Positions 20,922 to 31,876 of a stretch of DNA of 64,000 bases are shown here, piece by piece. This DNA is from Polyangiaceae bacterium (GTDB lineage Bacteria; Myxococcota_A; Polyangia; Polyangiales; Polyangiaceae): the NCBI GenBank assembly GCA_035063585.1, contig JAPSGB010000003.1, positions 64,001 through 128,000 on the forward strand, read 5' to 3'. A program made the position numbers and the translations under genes. How positions within the stretch are numbered: position 1 is the first letter of the stretch; each line of letters begins with the position of its first letter. Under the pieces are notes generated by a model that was given only the letters and a program-made list of their open reading frames with translations, did not search any database and was not told the DNA's origin.

Positions 20922-21496
20922 GGCGCGCGAGCGTGATGCTGCTCGCTTGCGTGGGCTGCTCGGTGCATCACCACTCGGTGAACGCGCCCGGACACATCGA
21001 GCCCACCGAGCCGCCCGAGGAGCCCACCCCGGGGGTGGTGGAGGAACCGGAAGATCCGGGGGAGCGGATGGTGCTCTTCACCTTCGGCGGGCTCGCGTCG
21101 GTCGGCGTCGGTTATCCGAAAGAGCAGGACGCGGTCCTCGCCTACGGGCTCGGGCCCGAGTATGGCCTGCACTTCGGCCAGCAGGACGTGAGCCACGCCA
21201 TGGACGGCGATCTGGTGCTGCCGAAGACCGCGGTCGGGATCAATCTGGGCTGGACGGCCCTCGCGAATCCGGGCACTGGTTTCGGGCCGCTCTACCTGGA
21301 GGGCCAGTACTACGACGAGGGGTTCTGGGTGGCGGGCGGCTGGGCCTACGATGTGGATGATCGCGTTCACGGCCCGCAGGGGGAACTCGGGCTCGGCCCG
21401 CTGTTCTTGCGCGTGACTCACCTACTCGACGACTCGACGGCGCTGACCTTCGGCGTGGTGGTGAAGGGCTACCAGAACTGGGTCTTCAGCCGTTGA
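20918..21496 (+). CDS. Hypothetical lipoprotein, beta-strand-rich
   Basis: Lipobox-like LLACVGC; amphipathic strands; GTGA overlap with the upstream gene. Confidence 0.65.
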   Translation: MRRASVMLLACVGCSVHHHSVNAPGHIEPTEPPEEPTPGVVEEPEDPGERMVLFTFGGLASVGVGYPKEQDAVLAYGLGPEYGLHFGQQDVSHAMDGDLVLPKTAVGINLGWTALANPGTGFGPLYLEGQYYDEGFWVAGGWAYDVDDRVHGPQGELGLGPLFLRVTHLLDDSTALTFGVVVKGYQNWVFSR

Positions 21497-21662
21497 CGCC
21501 GCAACTCGGACCCTCCGACGGACCGGGCGCCGGCCCGGGCGCACGGGGCGCACGCCCATCGAGACGATGGGTACCATGACCACGCCCTCACGAGCTGATC
21601 GACCGGGTCGCGGTTCATCGTAGCGGCGCGCTCGCCCCGCATCTGCCAGAGTCAGGCTCCCG

Positions 21663-22583
21663 ATGCCCGCCGGAAGCCTCCTCGCCTTGCTCGACGATAT
21701 CGCGACCGTCCTCGACGACGTGGCGTTGATGACGAAGGTTGCCGCGAAGAAGACCGCCGGGGTGCTCGGCGACGACCTCGCGCTGAATGCCCAGCAGGTC
21801 TCCGGGGTACGTTCCGATCGCGAGCTGCCGGTCGTGTGGAGGGTGGCGCGAGGCTCGCTCGTAAATAAATCGATCCTGGTGCCGTCGGCCTTGGTGATCA
21901 GCGCGTTCGCGCCCTGGGGGATCACCCCGCTGCTGGTCGTGGGCGGGCTCTTCTTGTGCTTCGAGGGCGTGGAGAAGGTGGCGCATCGGTGGCTGCATGC
22001 CGACGCCGGGCACGCGGAGCCCGAGCCGTCGTCGGAGGTGGCGGAGCGAGCGCTCGACCGCGCCGCGCTCGAGACGAAGAAGATCCGCGGGGCGGTCCGC
22101 ACCGACTTCGTGCTCTCGGCGGAGATCATCGTCATCGCGCTCGGGACGGTGGCTGGTCGGCCGCTCGGCACCCAGCTCGCCGTCCTCGTCGGGATCAGCC
22201 TCTTGATGACCATCGGCGTGTACGGGCTCGTGGCGGCGATCGTGAAGCTCGACGACGCCGGGCTCTGGCTCTGCCGGGACGGGCGCGGCGCGGTCGCGCG
22301 GGCCGTCGGCAGGGCCCTCTTGGTCAGCGCGCCGAGGCTGATGCGGCTGCTCACCGTCATTGGTACGGCGGCGATGTTCATGGTCGGCGGGGGTATCCTC
22401 ACCCACGCGATCCCGCTCTTGCACCACGCTAGCGCGGGGCTCGTCGCGCTGGCGGGGAGGTTCGCGTGGCTCGCGTCGATCGCCTTCGACGCCGCGCTCG
22501 GCGCGGTGGCGGGGGCGCTCGTGCTGGCGGTGGTGAAGTCGCTCGGCGCGGCGTGGGCGGGCGTCCGGCGCAGCGCCGCGTGA
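21663..22583 (+). CDS. DUF808 family inner-membrane protein (YedI-like)
   Basis: [59 protein letters not shown]. Confidence 0.9.
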   Translation: MPAGSLLALLDDIATVLDDVALMTKVAAKKTAGVLGDDLALNAQQVSGVRSDRELPVVWRVARGSLVNKSILVPSALVISAFAPWGITPLLVVGGLFLCFEGVEKVAHRWLHADAGHAEPEPSSEVAERALDRAALETKKIRGAVRTDFVLSAEIIVIALGTVAGRPLGTQLAVLVGISLLMTIGVYGLVAAIVKLDDAGLWLCRDGRGAVARAVGRALLVSAPRLMRLLTVIGTAAMFMVGGGILTHAIPLLHHASAGLVALAGRFAWLASIAFDAALGAVAGALVLAVVKSLGAAWAGVRRSAA

Positions 22584-22647
22584 GCGCGAGCCGCGTGAGC
22601 GTCCGGCGCCGCCGGCCGCGCCGGCCCGGCCAACGAACGCAGGTGCT

Positions 22648-24132
22648 TCAGTGCCGAGTGAGGGCCGGCTGAAAGAAGGTCGGTCCGTCGGTGGAGACCT
22701 CGTCGGAGCTGCGTTCGGCGCCGCCGGTGTCGAGGCCGAGATCCGGGAGCTCGTCGTCCTCGCCGAGGAGAGCGGCGTCGAGGACGTCGGCAAAGAGCCG
22801 GCGCTTCGCCTCGTCGAACAGCACGAAGCGAACCTCGCGGAGGCGCGAGCCGCCGAGCGCTAGGTGCCCGCGGAGCGCGGCGACCATGGCGCACGCCGAG
22901 GCCTCGAGGGCCACCGCGGCCTCGCCGGTGCCGAGCGCGGGGACCGCGAGCGTCTCGAGGCCGAGCCGCTCGGCTTCGAGGAGCGCGCGCTGCATCGAGC
23001 GTCCGACGCAGGAGGCCTGCTGCCAGGCGCTCACTGCGTGGAGCACCTTCCGGCACGAGAGCCGGCCCGGCTCGGTCACCACGCAGACGCCGAGCGGCTG
23101 CTCGCCGCCGGCCTGCGCCTCCCGCTCGAGCTCGTCGCCGCCGGCGCGGCGGAGCGCGTCGCCGACGCCGGAGCGCATGGCGAGCTGATAGTTCGCGCTG
23201 CTCATGATGCCGTCGACGTGGGCGCGCGAGATGTCCCCCGCCTCGACCGTCACCTGCGCGCCGGCGAACGTCGCGCCGTCCGGCGCGCGTGAGGGCGGCG
23301 GCGGGTGCGCGACGCTCCGCGCGAGCGCGGCGAAGAGCTGCGCCGGCCGCGCCAGGCTCGGGTAGCGGTGGCGCGGATCGTGGGCGAGCATGCGCGCGAG
23401 CAGGTGCTGGAAGTACGCCTCATCGGGGCCCCGCGGCGGCGGGAACACCGGGTGCGGCGCGCTCTCGAGCAGCACCCGCGGGTTCGGAAAGGGTGGCACG
23501 CCGTAGCGCAAGTCGTAAGCGGCCGCGCCGAGCCCGAAGACGTCCGCGCGGCGATCGAGGGGCTCGCCGCGGAGCGCCTCCGGGGCCATGAAGCGGAGCG
23601 TGCCGCTGGCCTCGCCGCTCGGGAGCTCGGCGACCTGCTTGACCACCGCGATGCCGAAATCCCCGAGTTTTGCCCCGAGCTCCGGGGAGCCGAAGAAGTT
23701 CGAGGGCTTGACGTCGCGGTGGAGGACCCCGTGCTGGTGCGCTGCGTGGAGCGCGCGGGCGATCTCGCTCACCGCCTGGCACACGAACCAGAGCGGCAGC
23801 CCGCGCCCGAGCGCGGCGCGGCGCGCGTGGTCGAGCTCGTTCAGATCGATGCCGTCGACGTACTCCTCGGCGATGAAGGGGACGTCTCGATGAGTCCCGA
23901 CGTCATACGCCCGCACGACCTGGGCGCTCGCGATGCGCGCCATGAGCCGCGCTTCGGTGCGCATGCGGCGCGCGCGATCCTCGGGCGACACGGCGAGGTC
24001 CGGGCGCAAGGTCTTGATGATGACCGGGACCGCGAGCTCCGAGTGGCGCGCGAGCCAGACGTCGCTCATGCCCCCTCCGCCGAGGCGACCCCAGACCTCG
24101 TAGTCGCGGACGCGCTCCCCGGCGTGCAACAT
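22648..24132 (-). CDS. Ser/Thr protein kinase fused to a C-terminal macrodomain
   Basis: Kinase: GGGGMS, IIK, HRDVKPSN, DFG, MAPE. Macro: GDIS...SAN...GVG.AL...G...VT.PG.L...VLHAV...PALGTG...VRFVLF. Confidence 0.9.
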   Translation of the reverse strand: MLHAGERVRDYEVWGRLGGGGMSDVWLARHSELAVPVIIKTLRPDLAVSPEDRARRMRTEARLMARIASAQVVRAYDVGTHRDVPFIAEEYVDGIDLNELDHARRAALGRGLPLWFVCQAVSEIARALHAAHQHGVLHRDVKPSNFFGSPELGAKLGDFGIAVVKQVAELPSGEASGTLRFMAPEALRGEPLDRRADVFGLGAAAYDLRYGVPPFPNPRVLLESAPHPVFPPPRGPDEAYFQHLLARMLAHDPRHRYPSLARPAQLFAALARSVAHPPPPSRAPDGATFAGAQVTVEAGDISRAHVDGIMSSANYQLAMRSGVGDALRRAGGDELEREAQAGGEQPLGVCVVTEPGRLSCRKVLHAVSAWQQASCVGRSMQRALLEAERLGLETLAVPALGTGEAAVALEASACAMVAALRGHLALGGSRLREVRFVLFDEAKRRLFADVLDAALLGEDDELPDLGLDTGGAERSSDEVSTDGPTFFQPALTRH

Positions 24133-24150
24133 GCGCGAGAGTATACCGCG

Positions 24151-24987
24151 CTACTCTCGCTCCGTCGTCCACCGCAGCTCGAACCGCGTGCCGCTCGCGT
24201 CACGGTCGAGCCGGAGCCCAGCGGCGCGCGCGGCGACCGCGGCGACCGCGAGCGCGGGCTCGATGAGCGCGTGTGCGCCGAGGGTGAGCGGCTCGCCCTC
24301 GGCGGGGCCCTTCGAGATGATGAGCTCGTGGTCGCCGGGGACCGCGCCGCCGAGCGCGATGACCGGCGTGGCGCCGGTCGCTCGGGCGACCAGCGCCGCA
24401 CCCATCGCGACCAGCGCGGCGATCACGCGGGGGTTCGAGACGAGCTCGCGCGACGGCCCGTGCAAGAGCACCACCGCGAGCGCTTGGCGTCCGGCGAGCG
24501 GTCGCTTCCCTGCCTCGCGGAGGAGCTCGGCGAGCTCTACCGCGACGCGCGGGCGCGAGGTCGCGTCGTCGAGGAGGTCGAGGAGCCCGCGCGCGGCGTC
24601 GAGCTCGCGCGCTCCTCGCGCGACGGCCTCCTCGAGCTCGAGCCGCGCCCGCGCGTTGAGCGGGCGGGCCTGAGCCGCCGCGAGCGCCGCCGCGAGCGTA
24701 TCGATCCGGGGCGCGACGAAGCCCTCGAGCGCCGTGACCGCTTCGATGTTCGGTAGCTTGGCGCGGCTCACCGCGCAGAGCTCGCCGAACGCCTCGCGGA
24801 GCGGCGCCATGGAGGCGTGGACATCCGGGATCACGGAGCTCAGCGCGCGCGGTCCGACGCGGAGCGACTCGAGGAGTTGCTGGAGGTTCCTGAGCGCCCC
24901 GAGCGCGTCACGCGCCGCGCCGCGCGCCGCGTCGCGGCGTGGATCGGCGCTCGGGCGCTCGGATGACGGCGGGATTCCGCTCGACAT
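24151..24987 (-). CDS. Hypothetical protein, possibly a degenerate sensor-kinase-like fold
   Basis: Downstream of ndk with AGGAG SD; helical N-half, then VELAELLREA...; no clear H/N/G boxes. Confidence 0.55.
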   Translation of the reverse strand: MSSGIPPSSERPSADPRRDAARGAARDALGALRNLQQLLESLRVGPRALSSVIPDVHASMAPLREAFGELCAVSRAKLPNIEAVTALEGFVAPRIDTLAAALAAAQARPLNARARLELEEAVARGARELDAARGLLDLLDDATSRPRVAVELAELLREAGKRPLAGRQALAVVLLHGPSRELVSNPRVIAALVAMGAALVARATGATPVIALGGAVPGDHELIISKGPAEGEPLTLGAHALIEPALAVAAVAARAAGLRLDRDASGTRFELRWTTERE

Positions 24988-25018
24988 CTCCTGACCTCGT
25001 GGTGCAGCAGGGCCGAAA

Positions 25019-25438
25019 CTAGATGAGCTCGAGCCCCGCGAAGAAGTACGCGCACTCGCTCCGCCCGTTCTCTTCCGAGTCCGAGCCATGCACGGCGTTC
25101 TCGCCCACGTTGCTGCCGTAGAGCTTGCGGACGGTGCCCTCGGCTGCCTTCGCCGGGTCGGTGGCGCCGATGACGTCGCGGTAGTGCTGGACCGCGTTCT
25201 CGCGCTCGAGCGCGACGATCACGACCGGCCCGCGCGTCATGAAGGTGGTGAGCTCGCCAAAGAAGGGGCGCTCGCGGTGGACCGCGTAGAAGCCCTCGGC
25301 CTGCTTCATGGTGAGGTGCGCCTGACGCAGGGCGAGGACGCGGAAGCCCTCGTCCAAGAGCCGCTGCAGGATAGCGCCCTGCTTTCGCTTCTCGACGGCG
25401 TCCGGCTTGATGATGCACAAGGTGCGCTGGATGGACAT
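25019..25438 (-). CDS. ndk: Nucleoside-diphosphate kinase
   Basis: RTLCIIKPDAV, FYAVHRERPFF, GATDP, NAVHGSDS. Confidence 0.97.
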   Translation of the reverse strand: MSIQRTLCIIKPDAVEKRKQGAILQRLLDEGFRVLALRQAHLTMKQAEGFYAVHRERPFFGELTTFMTRGPVVIVALERENAVQHYRDVIGATDPAKAAEGTVRKLYGSNVGENAVHGSDSEENGRSECAYFFAGLELI

Positions 25439-25514
25439 GGGTTCCTCCACGGGCACCGGCTCCCCCCTCACCGGCGCGATTCGAGCGTTCGCTCTTAGAC
25501 CGAGCCGCTCGACA

Positions 25515-26408
25515 TTACAACATACTTTGCAGGGTCTTCCCCATCTCGGCGGGCGTCGGCGCGACCTTCACGCCGGCCGCCTCGAGCGCGGCGATCTTGT
25601 CCTCCGCGGTGCCCTTGCCGCCCGAGATGATGGCGCCCGCGTGGCCCATGCGCTTGCCGGGCGGCGCGGTGCGGCCGGCGATGAACCCGGCGACCGGCTT
25701 CTTCATGTTTCTCTGGATCCAAGCAGCGGCGCGCTCCTCGGCATTCCCGCCGATCTCACCCATCATGATGACGCCATGGGTGTCCGGGTCGTCGTTGAAG
25801 AGGGTGAGGCAGTCGATGAAGTCCATCCCGCCCACCGGATCGCCGCCGATGCCGATGCAGGTGGACTGCCCGAGCCCGAGCGCGGTGAGCTGCCCGACCG
25901 CCTCGTAGGTGAGGGTGCCCGAGCGGGACACCACCCCGATGTGGCCGGCCCTGTGGATGTGACCGGGCATGATACCGATCTTGCACGCACCCGGCGTGAT
26001 GATGCCCGGGCAGTTCGGCCCGATGAGCCGCGCCGAGCGGCCCTCGAGCGCGCGCCGGACTCGGATCATGTCCATCACCGGGATGCCCTCGGTGATGGCG
26101 ATGACCAGACCGCAGCCGGCCTCGAGCGCCTCGACGATGGCGTCGGCAGCGCCGAGCGCCGGTACGAAGATGCACGAGGTGTCGGCGCCCGTCTGCTTCA
26201 CGGCGTCCGCGACGGTGTCGAACACCGGCACCCGGACTGCCTTGCCGTCGGGACCGGCGGCCTCGAACGTCTCGCCGCCGCGGCCCGGCGTGCAGCCGGC
26301 GACCACCTGGGTGCCGTAGGCGATGCACTGACCGGCGTGGAACGACCCCGCCGAGCCGGTGATGCCGGAGATGACGACCTTCGTATCCTTGTTCACCAAG
26401 ACTGCCAT
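25515..26408 (-). CDS. sucD: Succinyl-CoA ligase alpha subunit
   Basis: [34 protein letters not shown]. Confidence 0.97.
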   Translation of the reverse strand: MAVLVNKDTKVVISGITGSAGSFHAGQCIAYGTQVVAGCTPGRGGETFEAAGPDGKAVRVPVFDTVADAVKQTGADTSCIFVPALGAADAIVEALEAGCGLVIAITEGIPVMDMIRVRRALEGRSARLIGPNCPGIITPGACKIGIMPGHIHRAGHIGVVSRSGTLTYEAVGQLTALGLGQSTCIGIGGDPVGGMDFIDCLTLFNDDPDTHGVIMMGEIGGNAEERAAAWIQRNMKKPVAGFIAGRTAPPGKRMGHAGAIISGGKGTAEDKIAALEAAGVKVAPTPAEMGKTLQSML

Positions 26409-26424
26409 GGTTCGTCTCCCGGCC

Positions 26425-27624
<1,200 letters not shown>

Positions 27625-27830
27625 GGTGTTTCCGGGGGCCGCGCGGAGAGAAGAGGGACTCTTCGGCCCGCTCGCGAAGTAGATCAAGCGCACGCGGAGG
27701 GCAACCGTTCATCCGCGCAGGGTCGCTCGAGCCTCGCGCTCACGAAGCCCTTTGCGCCGCGCCGCCGCCGAGGGTAGCACCCAGCCCCGAAACGGCCCAT
27801 CGGGCCGCAGCCTTCCGCTGGAGGAGTACG

Positions 27831-28814
27831 ATGAAGAAGCCTGTACGCGTCGCGGTCACCGGAGCTGCCGGGAACATCGGATACGCCATTTTGTTCCGCA
27901 TCGCCTCGGGGCAGATGCTCGGCGCCGATCAGCCGGTCATCCTTCAGCTCCTCGAGATCCCCGCCGAGAAGCCCCAGGCCGCGCTGCGCGGCGTCGCGAT
28001 GGAGCTCGATGACTGCGCCTTCCCGCTGCTCACCGAGCTGGTGCTCACCGACGATCCGAAGGTGGCGTTCAAGGACGCGAGCTGGTGCCTCTTGGTCGGC
28101 AGCAAGCCGCGCGGCCCCGGGATGGAGCGCGCTGACCTCCTGAAGGACAACGGCAAGATCTTCGTCGGCCAGGGCCGGGCGATCGACGAGGTGGCCGCCG
28201 ATGATTGCCGCGTGGTCGTGGTCGGCAACCCCTGCAACACCAATTGCATGATCGCGGCGGCGCAGGCCAAGCGCCTGCCCAAGGAGCGTTTCACGGCCAT
28301 GGTGCGCCTCGATCAGAACCGCGCCGCGACCCAGCTCGCCAAGAAGGCCGGGCTCCCGGTCACCGAGGTGAGCGACCTCTTCATCTACGGAAACCACAGC
28401 CCGAGCATGTTCGCCGACTTCACCCACGCAAAGCTCGGCGGCAGGCTGGCCGCCGAGGTGATCGGCGACCAGCCCTGGCTCGAGAGTGAGTTCTTGCCCA
28501 AGATCGGCAAGCGCGGCGCCGAGATCATCGCCGCGCGCGGCCTCTCGAGCGCCGCGTCGGCGGCCAACGCCGCCATCGATCACGTGCGCGATCTCGTCAC
28601 CCCGGGCCGGGTCCACTCGGTCGCGGTGCACAGCGACGGCGCTTATGGGTTCGCGAAGGACATCTGGGCCGGTGTCCCCGTGAAGACGACCGCGCCCGGG
28701 AGCTACGAGGTCGTGAGGGGCTTCGAGATGGGCGAGTTCGCCAAGCAGAAGCTCGCCGCGACCAACGAGGAGCTGGTCGGCGAGCGCGAGACGGTCGCCG
28801 AGCTCCTCGGTTGA
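27831..28814 (+). CDS. mdh: Malate dehydrogenase
   Basis: [54 protein letters not shown]. Confidence 0.96.
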   Translation: MKKPVRVAVTGAAGNIGYAILFRIASGQMLGADQPVILQLLEIPAEKPQAALRGVAMELDDCAFPLLTELVLTDDPKVAFKDASWCLLVGSKPRGPGMERADLLKDNGKIFVGQGRAIDEVAADDCRVVVVGNPCNTNCMIAAAQAKRLPKERFTAMVRLDQNRAATQLAKKAGLPVTEVSDLFIYGNHSPSMFADFTHAKLGGRLAAEVIGDQPWLESEFLPKIGKRGAEIIAARGLSSAASAANAAIDHVRDLVTPGRVHSVAVHSDGAYGFAKDIWAGVPVKTTAPGSYEVVRGFEMGEFAKQKLAATNEELVGERETVAELLG

Positions 28815-28947
28815 GGCCGGGGTCGAGGGGGGATGGTCGGCCCGGCGCGGAATCGACGCGCCGGGCCGACGCGCATTTTCCGGCTCGCGGCGGGTTGCGG
28901 GGCCGTGCCCGGCGCGGTAACGAACCGCCCAGCCGAGGAGCCATACC

Positions 28948-29880
28948 GTGTCGAAGCACGTCCTGATTGCCACCGAGAAGCCGTTCTCCGCCGACGCTCG
29001 CGACCAGATCGCAGCCATCTTGAAGGCGGCGAGCTACGAGGTCGAGCTGCTCGAGAAGTACGCGGGCAAGGAGGCGCTGATCGCCGCTGCGAAGCGCGCG
29101 GACGCGATGATCATCCGCAGCGACGTCATCGACGCCGAGGTGCTCGCGGGCGCCGAGCGGCTCGCGCTCGTGGTGCGGGCGGGCGCGGGCTACGACAACG
29201 TCGATTTGGCGACGGCCAAGGCGCGCGGCGTGGCGGTGATGAACACCCCCGGGCAGAACGCCAACGCGGTCGCCGAGCTCGCGCTCGCGATGATGGTCTA
29301 CAGCGCGCGCGGCCAGTTCGACGGAAAGAGCGGCACCGAGCTCCGCGGCAAGACGCTCGGCATCCACGCCTTCGGCGCGGTCGGCCGCGCGGTCGCCGGC
29401 ATCGCGGCGGGGTTCGGCATGAAGGTGCTCGCGTTCGATCCGTTCGTGACGGCCGAGCAGATCCGAGCCGCCGGAGTCGAGCCGGTCGACTCGGTGGACG
29501 CGCTCTACCAGCGCTCGCGCTACGTGTCGCTCCACATCCCGGCCACCCCGGAGACGCGCGGCTCGATCGGCAAGGCGAGGCTCCTCGAGATGCCGAAGGG
29601 CGCCACCCTGGTGAACACCGCGCGAAAAGAGGTCATCGACGAGGCGGGGCTCCTCGAGGTGCTCGCGTCGCGGGCGGACTTCCGCTACGTGGCCGACGTG
29701 GCCCCGAGCGACGCGACCCTCGCCGTCATGCGTGAGAAGCACGCCGCGCAGGTCTACGTGACGCCGAACAAGATGGGCGCCCAGACGAGCGAGGCGAACG
29801 TGAACGCCGGGCTCGCCGCGGCGCGGCAGATCGTCGCCTTCTTCGAGAATGGCGAGCGACGCTTCGTGGTCAACCCCTGA
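28948..29880 (+). CDS. serA: D-3-phosphoglycerate dehydrogenase, short form (type IIIK-like)
   Basis: RAGAGYDNVD, NTPGQNANAVAEL, ELRGKTLG, VNTAR, TPNKMGAQT; no ACT domain. Confidence 0.8.
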   Translation: MSKHVLIATEKPFSADARDQIAAILKAASYEVELLEKYAGKEALIAAAKRADAMIIRSDVIDAEVLAGAERLALVVRAGAGYDNVDLATAKARGVAVMNTPGQNANAVAELALAMMVYSARGQFDGKSGTELRGKTLGIHAFGAVGRAVAGIAAGFGMKVLAFDPFVTAEQIRAAGVEPVDSVDALYQRSRYVSLHIPATPETRGSIGKARLLEMPKGATLVNTARKEVIDEAGLLEVLASRADFRYVADVAPSDATLAVMREKHAAQVYVTPNKMGAQTSEANVNAGLAAARQIVAFFENGERRFVVNP

Positions 29881-29905
29881 CGCGAGGGCCGCGGGCTCCC
29901 GCGCC

Positions 29906-31822
29906 GTGCCGATCCTCTCAGCCAAGCACCTCCGAAAATCCTACGGCGCGGACGTCGTCCTCGCCGACGTCGAGCTCACGATTCGCACCGGCGAGCGCAT
30001 CGGCGTGGTGGGGCTGAACGGCGCGGGCAAGAGCACGCTCGCGCGGATCCTCGCCGGGCGGGAGGACGCAGACTCCGGCGAGCTCTCGCGGCGCCGCGGC
30101 GCCACCATCGAGTACCTGGATCAAGTGCCGCGCTTCGACGGCGCTCCCACCGCGCGTGAGGCGGTGATGGCCGGGCTCGCCTCGTGGCGCGCGGCGGTCG
30201 AGCGCCACGAGGGGGCCGCGCGCGCGCTCGCCACCGCGGCGGGCGACCTCGACCTGCTCCTCGCCGAGCAGGCGGCCGCCGCGGAAGACGTCGAGCGGCT
30301 CGGCGGCTGGCAGCAAGAGCACCGGGTGGACTCCCTGCTCGGCAGCCTCGGCGTGGAGCGCCCGGACGCGCCCGTCTCCGAGCTGAGCGGCGGCGAGCAG
30401 CGACGGGTCGCGCTCGCGCGCATCCTCATCGCGCGGCCGCACCTCGCGCTCCTCGACGAGCCGACCAACCACCTCGACGCCGGCACCATCGAGTGGCTCG
30501 AGTCGTTCCTCGAGGACGAGTATCAGGGCGCGCTCCTCCTCATCACGCACGATCGCTACTTGCTCGACCGCGTCGCGACCCGCACCATCGAGGTCACCGG
30601 CGGTCAGGTGTTCTCCTACGACGGGGGCTACGAGCTCTACCTCGCGCAGAAGGCGGAGCGTCTGGCCCACGCGGCGCGGGTCGAGCAGAACCGGCAGAAC
30701 TTCCTCCGGCGCGAGCTCGAGTGGCTGCGGCGACAGCCGAAGGCGCGCGGCACCAAGCAGAAGGCGCGCATCGAGCGCGCCGAGGCGGCCAAGGCGATCG
30801 CCGCGCCGAGAGCCGAGCGCTCGGTGAGCTTCGAGGTGGACGTCACCCGGAGCGGCAAGACCATCCTCGAGCTCCGTGAGCTCGCGCTCTCGCTCGCGGG
30901 TCGCCGGCTGGTCGCCGGCCTCGATCTCTTCCTCACCCAAGGCGAGCGGCTCGGCGTCATCGGCAAGAACGGCACCGGCAAGACGACCCTGCTCCGCGCG
31001 ATCACCGGCGAGCTCGAACCCGAGGCGGGACGCGTGGTGGTCGGTGCGAACACGCGCATCGCGTATTTCGACCAGCAGCGGAGCGATCTCGATGACGAGA
31101 AGAGCGTGTTCGAGAACGTCGCGGGTGACAAATCGCGGATCGAGCTCGGCGGCGAGGTGATCGAGCCGCGCACCTATCTCGAGCGCTTCGGGTTCGACGG
31201 GCAGCGGCAGCGCCAGCCGGTCGGCTCGCTCTCGGGCGGCGAGCGGGCGCGCGTCGCGCTGGCGCGACTCCTGCGTCAACCCTCGAACCTCCTCATCCTC
31301 GACGAGCCGACCAACGATCTCGACGTCGCGACGCTCGCGGCGGTCGAGAGCTTGCTGGTCGACTCGGGCGCGACCGCCATCGTGGTGACGCACGATCGCT
31401 GGTTTCTCGACCGCGTGGCGACCTCGATCCTCGCCTTCGAGGGCGAGGGGAGAGTGGTGCGCTACCCGGGCAGCTACGAGACGTACCGGCGCCTCCGCGA
31501 GGAGGCGAAGCTCGCCGAGAAGCAGCGGGCGGTAGCGAGCGCGCCGCGCGCATCGAGCGCCCCCGCGCGCGCCGAGCGCGTACCCGCGCCGAGGAAGCTC
31601 ACCTTCGCCGAGGCGAAGGAGCTCGAGGCGCTCCCCGACGCCATCACCCTCGCCGAAGCGCGCGTCGAGACGCTCACCGCGAAGCTCGCCGATCCGGCGC
31701 TCTACGCGGGCGGCGGCGCCGAGGTGCAGCAGGTGACCGCTGAGCTCGAGGCCGCGCGCGCCGACGCGAGCCGGCTCATGGCGCGCTGGGAAGCACTCGA
31801 GACCAAGCAGGCGGGCGGGTAG
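29906..31822 (+). CDS. uup: ABC-F family ATPase (Uup-like)
   Basis: Two ABC cassettes (GLNGAGKST, GKNGTGKT, LSGGE, DEPTN); KARGTKQKARI linker; C-terminal coiled coil ending RWEALE. Confidence 0.88.
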   Translation: MPILSAKHLRKSYGADVVLADVELTIRTGERIGVVGLNGAGKSTLARILAGREDADSGELSRRRGATIEYLDQVPRFDGAPTAREAVMAGLASWRAAVERHEGAARALATAAGDLDLLLAEQAAAAEDVERLGGWQQEHRVDSLLGSLGVERPDAPVSELSGGEQRRVALARILIARPHLALLDEPTNHLDAGTIEWLESFLEDEYQGALLLITHDRYLLDRVATRTIEVTGGQVFSYDGGYELYLAQKAERLAHAARVEQNRQNFLRRELEWLRRQPKARGTKQKARIERAEAAKAIAAPRAERSVSFEVDVTRSGKTILELRELALSLAGRRLVAGLDLFLTQGERLGVIGKNGTGKTTLLRAITGELEPEAGRVVVGANTRIAYFDQQRSDLDDEKSVFENVAGDKSRIELGGEVIEPRTYLERFGFDGQRQRQPVGSLSGGERARVALARLLRQPSNLLILDEPTNDLDVATLAAVESLLVDSGATAIVVTHDRWFLDRVATSILAFEGEGRVVRYPGSYETYRRLREEAKLAEKQRAVASAPRASSAPARAERVPAPRKLTFAEAKELEALPDAITLAEARVETLTAKLADPALYAGGGAEVQQVTAELEAARADASRLMARWEALETKQAGG

Positions 31823-31876
31823 CGCGCGCCTGCGCCGCCGGCCGCGCCGCCCCGGCATCCCCTCGCTCGATGAGGG

